Below, in pieces: positions 60,474 through 64,000 of a stretch of DNA of 64,000 nucleotides. Source of the DNA: Nitrospinaceae bacterium (GTDB lineage Bacteria; Nitrospinota; Nitrospinia; Nitrospinales; Nitrospinaceae); contig OZ245011.1 of the NCBI GenBank assembly GCA_965223665.1, forward strand, positions 1,952,001 to 2,016,000. Reading direction: 5' to 3'. A program made the position numbers and the translations under genes. Under the pieces are notes generated by a model. It was not told where the DNA came from. It did not search any database and worked only from the letters and a program-made list of their open reading frames with translations. Within the stretch, counting starts at the first letter, position 1, and each line of letters begins with the position of its first letter.

Positions 60474-61832
60474 TTATTTTAGTTCAAACTTGAACGGAAG
60501 TTCAAGCACCAAGTATTCCTGCCCAATTTCCGCCGGAAGACTCGTAAACGGGGCAGCCTCCCTTACAGCATTCAGTCCCGCCTCGTTTAATTCTTTAAAA
60601 GGAGTTTTTGCGACCAATATAAGATCTTTAATTTCCCCTGATTTTAAAACCGTGAATCGGACCGTCAACCGACCCTGTTTGCCTTGACGTTTTGCCCTTC
60701 TGGGATATTTTTTCCTGGCCGCAATTTTACTCTGAATCCCGTGACTGTAACTCTGCAACACTCTTGGGTCCACAATCGTAGGTACGGGCCTGGGTTCCAC
60801 CTTCGAGAAAGCGAAGGGTTCAGCACCCGAAGAATACGATGCGGTCTTTACGGTTCCCTTGATGAAATTCGATTTCACATTTTCCGGTTTTCTAGGACTG
60901 GAATGGGGAAACGACATTCTAAAGGATGCCGTTTCTTTCAAAAGATTTCCTTTATTAGAGGTCCCTTTTGGGGAGCCCTTATCAGATTGGAGCGCCTTCG
61001 GTTGAAACGATGCCGTACGCACTCTTTTCGCACGGTCACTGATCAATTGTCCTCTATGATTCACCGAGCTTTTTTGGGAACTCTTATCGGATTGGATTGC
61101 TTTTGGCTGCAAGGATGCGGTATTGATCCTTTTCGCACGGCCGTTGATTAATTGTCCTTCTTTTTTAAACGAATTTTTTGGGGAACCTTTATGAGATTCG
61201 ATTGCTTTTGGCTGAAACGATGCTGCACTTATCCTTTTAGCGCGGCCACTGATTAACCCTCCTCCTTTAGTAGCGGTTAAAAACGAGACTGACTGTTTGG
61301 TCTGTTGAAGAACTCTTCTTTTTGGTGCTGGTTGGGTCAACCGGCTCGCCCGGTTGTCAATCACTGTCGCCTTTGATGAGGAGATACTATTGGTTATTTG
61401 AACTTGTGGATCGCTTCTTGGGACAATGGAATCAGCGTGCGATGGTCGTGTAGAAACCGAAGTTTTTGCAAGAAGTTGTCTCGTTGGAACCGAGGGAGTT
61501 TGGACGGCATTTTGCTCCATCTTCTGGACTACAGGAGTCACAGGTTTCACGGGAGTAACCTCAAGAATACCCGTTGGTTTTTGGATTTGGGGCAGATTCT
61601 CCTGTTTCATTGGACTGGGGGTTTGAATTGGTGGCTTTGAAACTTCCTTTATAGAATTCTTCTCAGGCAAAGGAGTTTTTTTGACAATCTCCAATTTGAC
61701 GATCTTCTTTGGCGGATAAACAGGTCTGTCCTGAGACAAAAATAAATATCCTACAAAAACGACAAAGACAAAATGAGCACTAATGGAACCCAGAGCAGAA
61801 TAAACTGTTGTAGTTGTGTAGGAAGAACTCAT
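60474..61832 (-). CDS. tonB: Energy transducer TonB with long repeat linker
   Basis: N-terminal TM SISAH; Pro-rich; YPRRAKRQGKQGRLTVRF..LN..AVREAAPF. Confidence 0.88.
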   Translation of the reverse strand: MSSSYTTTTVYSALGSISAHFVFVVFVGYLFLSQDRPVYPPKKIVKLEIVKKTPLPEKNSIKEVSKPPIQTPSPMKQENLPQIQKPTGILEVTPVKPVTPVVQKMEQNAVQTPSVPTRQLLAKTSVSTRPSHADSIVPRSDPQVQITNSISSSKATVIDNRASRLTQPAPKRRVLQQTKQSVSFLTATKGGGLISGRAKRISAASFQPKAIESHKGSPKNSFKKEGQLINGRAKRINTASLQPKAIQSDKSSQKSSVNHRGQLISDRAKRVRTASFQPKALQSDKGSPKGTSNKGNLLKETASFRMSFPHSSPRKPENVKSNFIKGTVKTASYSSGAEPFAFSKVEPRPVPTIVDPRVLQSYSHGIQSKIAARKKYPRRAKRQGKQGRLTVRFTVLKSGEIKDLILVAKTPFKELNEAGLNAVREAAPFTSLPAEIGQEYLVLELPFKFELK

Positions 61833-61844
61833 TGGAAAATTTAT

Positions 61845-62279
61845 TTAGTTTGCGGGAGTTTTTGCGGTCTCTGTTGCCAGTACAAAATCTTCTGCACCCG
61901 CTTGTCTGGCCACCTCGATGACGTCACCGAAAAGCTCAAACGCAATATTTTTATCGGCCTCAATTTCAATGATTTTTTTCTCTCGATCGCCAAGCGCGGA
62001 TTGCAATACTGAACTCAACGCCTCCAGCGTATAAGGTTTTCCCTCATATTCTACCTGGCCCTTTGGCAGGATCGAAACAGTGAGATTACGTTCTTGTTTT
62101 GGCATTCCAGATTCCGCTTCCGGCAGTTCCACCTTATTCAACTGCGTGAAACTGGTCGAGGTTAGCATGAAGAATATTAATAAAAGAAACACAATATTGA
62201 TCATTGGAATTAAATCAAGCTGTAGAGGCGCCCGTTTTACGACGGGGACTATTAAGTTTTGTTTTTCTCTATTTAACAA
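61845..62279 (-). CDS. exbD: Biopolymer transport ExbD
   Basis: LDLIPMINIVFLLLIFFM; IEADK; TTG 62279 with GAAGGA RBS. Confidence 0.85.
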   Translation of the reverse strand: MLNREKQNLIVPVVKRAPLQLDLIPMINIVFLLLIFFMLTSTSFTQLNKVELPEAESGMPKQERNLTVSILPKGQVEYEGKPYTLEALSSVLQSALGDREKKIIEIEADKNIAFELFGDVIEVARQAGAEDFVLATETAKTPAN

Positions 62280-62655
62280 TGGAAAATCCTTCAGCACCCG
62301 CCAAACGAGACTTGTCGAGAACTTTGGTGAATATTTCGTAACGGGCTTTCTGGTTAGCCTCGATAACAACCGTTTTGTTAATTCGCCCGCTTAATTTTTT
62401 CTGGATCTCTTCTTGAAGCTTTTCAATAGCAATCGTTTCATTATTAATCATTATCTTTTGATCATTGCCGATTTTTATAATCAGGCTTTCTTCTTTTTGT
62501 GCTCCACCTGATGAACCCTTCGGAAGACTAATATCAATCCCTTGGCCCTGGATAGCGAATGTCAGCATGAAAAAAATCAACAGCAGAAAAACAACATCAA
62601 TCAAAGGGGCCATATCCAACCGGGAGAGTTTCCTGCGAGGTTTTATCAGTATCAT
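62269..62655 (-). CDS. exbD: Biopolymer transport ExbD
   Basis: LDMAPLIDVVFLLLIFFM; start ATG 62655. Confidence 0.88.
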   Translation of the reverse strand: MILIKPRRKLSRLDMAPLIDVVFLLLIFFMLTFAIQGQGIDISLPKGSSGGAQKEESLIIKIGNDQKIMINNETIAIEKLQEEIQKKLSGRINKTVVIEANQKARYEIFTKVLDKSRLAGAEGFSIVK

Positions 62656-62668
62656 CTGAATTGCTTCG

Positions 62669-63370
62669 TTAATTAGGATTAATGTAATCCGATTTTCCAA
62701 TCACTTCTTTAGATTGACTCTCTTTCTGATGTTGTTGCTCATCATCAAAGTGGTGAATCAGCAGTTGACCCAATTTAGTCATTTGAAACGACTTTTGTTC
62801 GATCTTTTTGTCGAAATAATGCAGCATAATGGTAACAGGAATAGCAACCGTTAACCCGGCGGCCGTGGTCAACAAGGCCTCCCAGATTCCACCGGCCAAA
62901 ATGCTTGGGTCCACCTGCCCTTTATATTCCGCAACGCGATTGAAGGCCTGGACCATTCCAACAACTGTTCCCAACAGTCCCATCAAAGGAGAAATAATAG
63001 CGATGACTTCCAGCGCTCTAATATTTTTATTTAAATGGTTAACTTCTTCCTGAGCGGTGACTGAAAGTATTTCGGAAAGTTTCCATGCAGATGCGGTTTT
63101 GTTGTGAACCCCTGCCTCCATGACCCGGCCCAAAGGTCCAGGTGAGTTTTTACAAAACTCCAGGACCTTGGAAGACTTTTCATCCTCTAAAAACTTTTTT
63201 AATCCATTAAAAAATTTATCCGGATCTTCCTGGCATTTTTTAAAATAAAGAAGACGTTCAATGATGATAGTTAACGCGATAACAGAACAAAGGACTATAG
63301 GAACCATTACGAACCCACCTTTGGTCAGCAAACTAAATGAAGATTCAACTACATCAAACATAAACGCCAT
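62669..63370 (-). CDS. exbB: MotA/TolQ/ExbB proton channel
   Basis: SPLMGLLGTVVGM, GIWEALLTTAAGL. Confidence 0.92.
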   Translation of the reverse strand: MAFMFDVVESSFSLLTKGGFVMVPIVLCSVIALTIIIERLLYFKKCQEDPDKFFNGLKKFLEDEKSSKVLEFCKNSPGPLGRVMEAGVHNKTASAWKLSEILSVTAQEEVNHLNKNIRALEVIAIISPLMGLLGTVVGMVQAFNRVAEYKGQVDPSILAGGIWEALLTTAAGLTVAIPVTIMLHYFDKKIEQKSFQMTKLGQLLIHHFDDEQQHQKESQSKEVIGKSDYINPN

Positions 63371-63690
63371 CCCTTAAAAAACTTAATTATTATTCTTCCC
63401 TCAGGCAACATTAAAATGTTGCCCAAAGGTGAAAATTTTAAAGAAAACACCTTTCCCGGGGATTACCCGGGAAACGGATACAATGTAAATTTACGAAAAT
63501 TATAACTTATTGATACCAATATTAAAAGCCACCCATTTGATGGTCATTGGCACCCTTTAAAGGGCGATTTTTAAATGAATTTCCCTCCATTTCCCCTCAT
63601 TCTAAAAAATATCCCACACTCCGAGGAGATGTATAGATGGTACCAAAGCCTCCAATATTAGACCAATTGCCATCAACTCCCATTGAGGAA

Positions 63691-64000
63691 TTAATAACTG
63701 ATCCGAACTCCGACTTCTCCCCCAATTCCGGGTTCCGGAGAAAAATTCCTTAAAAAAGAAGTCGCATTTCGAATGTTTGAATCCAATAAGTTATTTCCTC
63801 TTGCATAAACCAGAATATTCATTCCATGAAAATTCTTTACCTGATACTGCGTAGTGATCGTTAAAAGAAAATATCCAGGTGTTCTGGCTTCATTCAGTCC
63901 CGAATACTTCTGGCGTTCCGCTCGAGTCAAACGAAAATTAGAGCTCCAGTTTCCCAGAACATGGTCCACTTGAAATCCCCATCGCAATGGAGGAGTTTGA
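63691..64000 (-). CDS. C-terminus of a TonB-dependent receptor (ZnuD-like), truncated by the window edge
   Basis: Frame open to the edge; PPLR..RTPGY..NLLD..SFL..PG..VRISY beta-barrel terminus. Confidence 0.8.
   Translation of the reverse strand, partial: QTPPLRWGFQVDHVLGNWSSNFRLTRAERQKYSGLNEARTPGYFLLTITTQYQVKNFHGMNILVYARGNNLLDSNIRNATSFLRNFSPEPGIGGEVGVRISY

Noticed and set aside
1-64000. tRNA, rRNA, CRISPR array, integrase or transposase
   Set aside because: None recognised by eye or in the ORF track

Overview
Moderately AT-rich bacterial accessory region. Gene content looks like an environmental Gram-negative (possibly Nitrospinota; weak inference). No rRNA, tRNA or CRISPR array was seen. 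Five blocks stand out. (1) 1-9.7 kb: three tandem secreted paralogs, a DNRLRE protein, and a CarH/LitR-type B12 photoreceptor operon. (2) 10-17.9 kb, the best candidate for an undescribed system: a RiPP locus in which one RRE + SagB-dehydrogenase + YcaO fusion enzyme sits upstream of four short Cys/Ser/Thr/Pro-rich precursor peptides. All four share the leader motif F-x-W-S-[IV]-Q-E but have divergent cores, and one lies about 3.4 kb away with its own promoter and terminator. (3) 18-35 kb: mixed envelope and signalling genes (PilX-like, orphan dCache, M35 protease, hybrid kinase, di-heme oxidoreductase). (4) 35.9-49.3 kb: a giant teneurin-like/RHS toxin gene broken by a 10-bp tandem duplication, followed by an array of displaced toxin tips and immunity genes (papain-like, Tlde1-like). 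(5) 49.3-64 kb: a Zur-like zinc-starvation island with TTGCAA-N5-TTGCAA boxes, hisI/pyrC paralogs, a COG0523 GTPase, two WD40 proteins, a ZIP permease, and TonB/ExbBD with a receptor. Family assignments come from motif recognition by eye; no searches were run.
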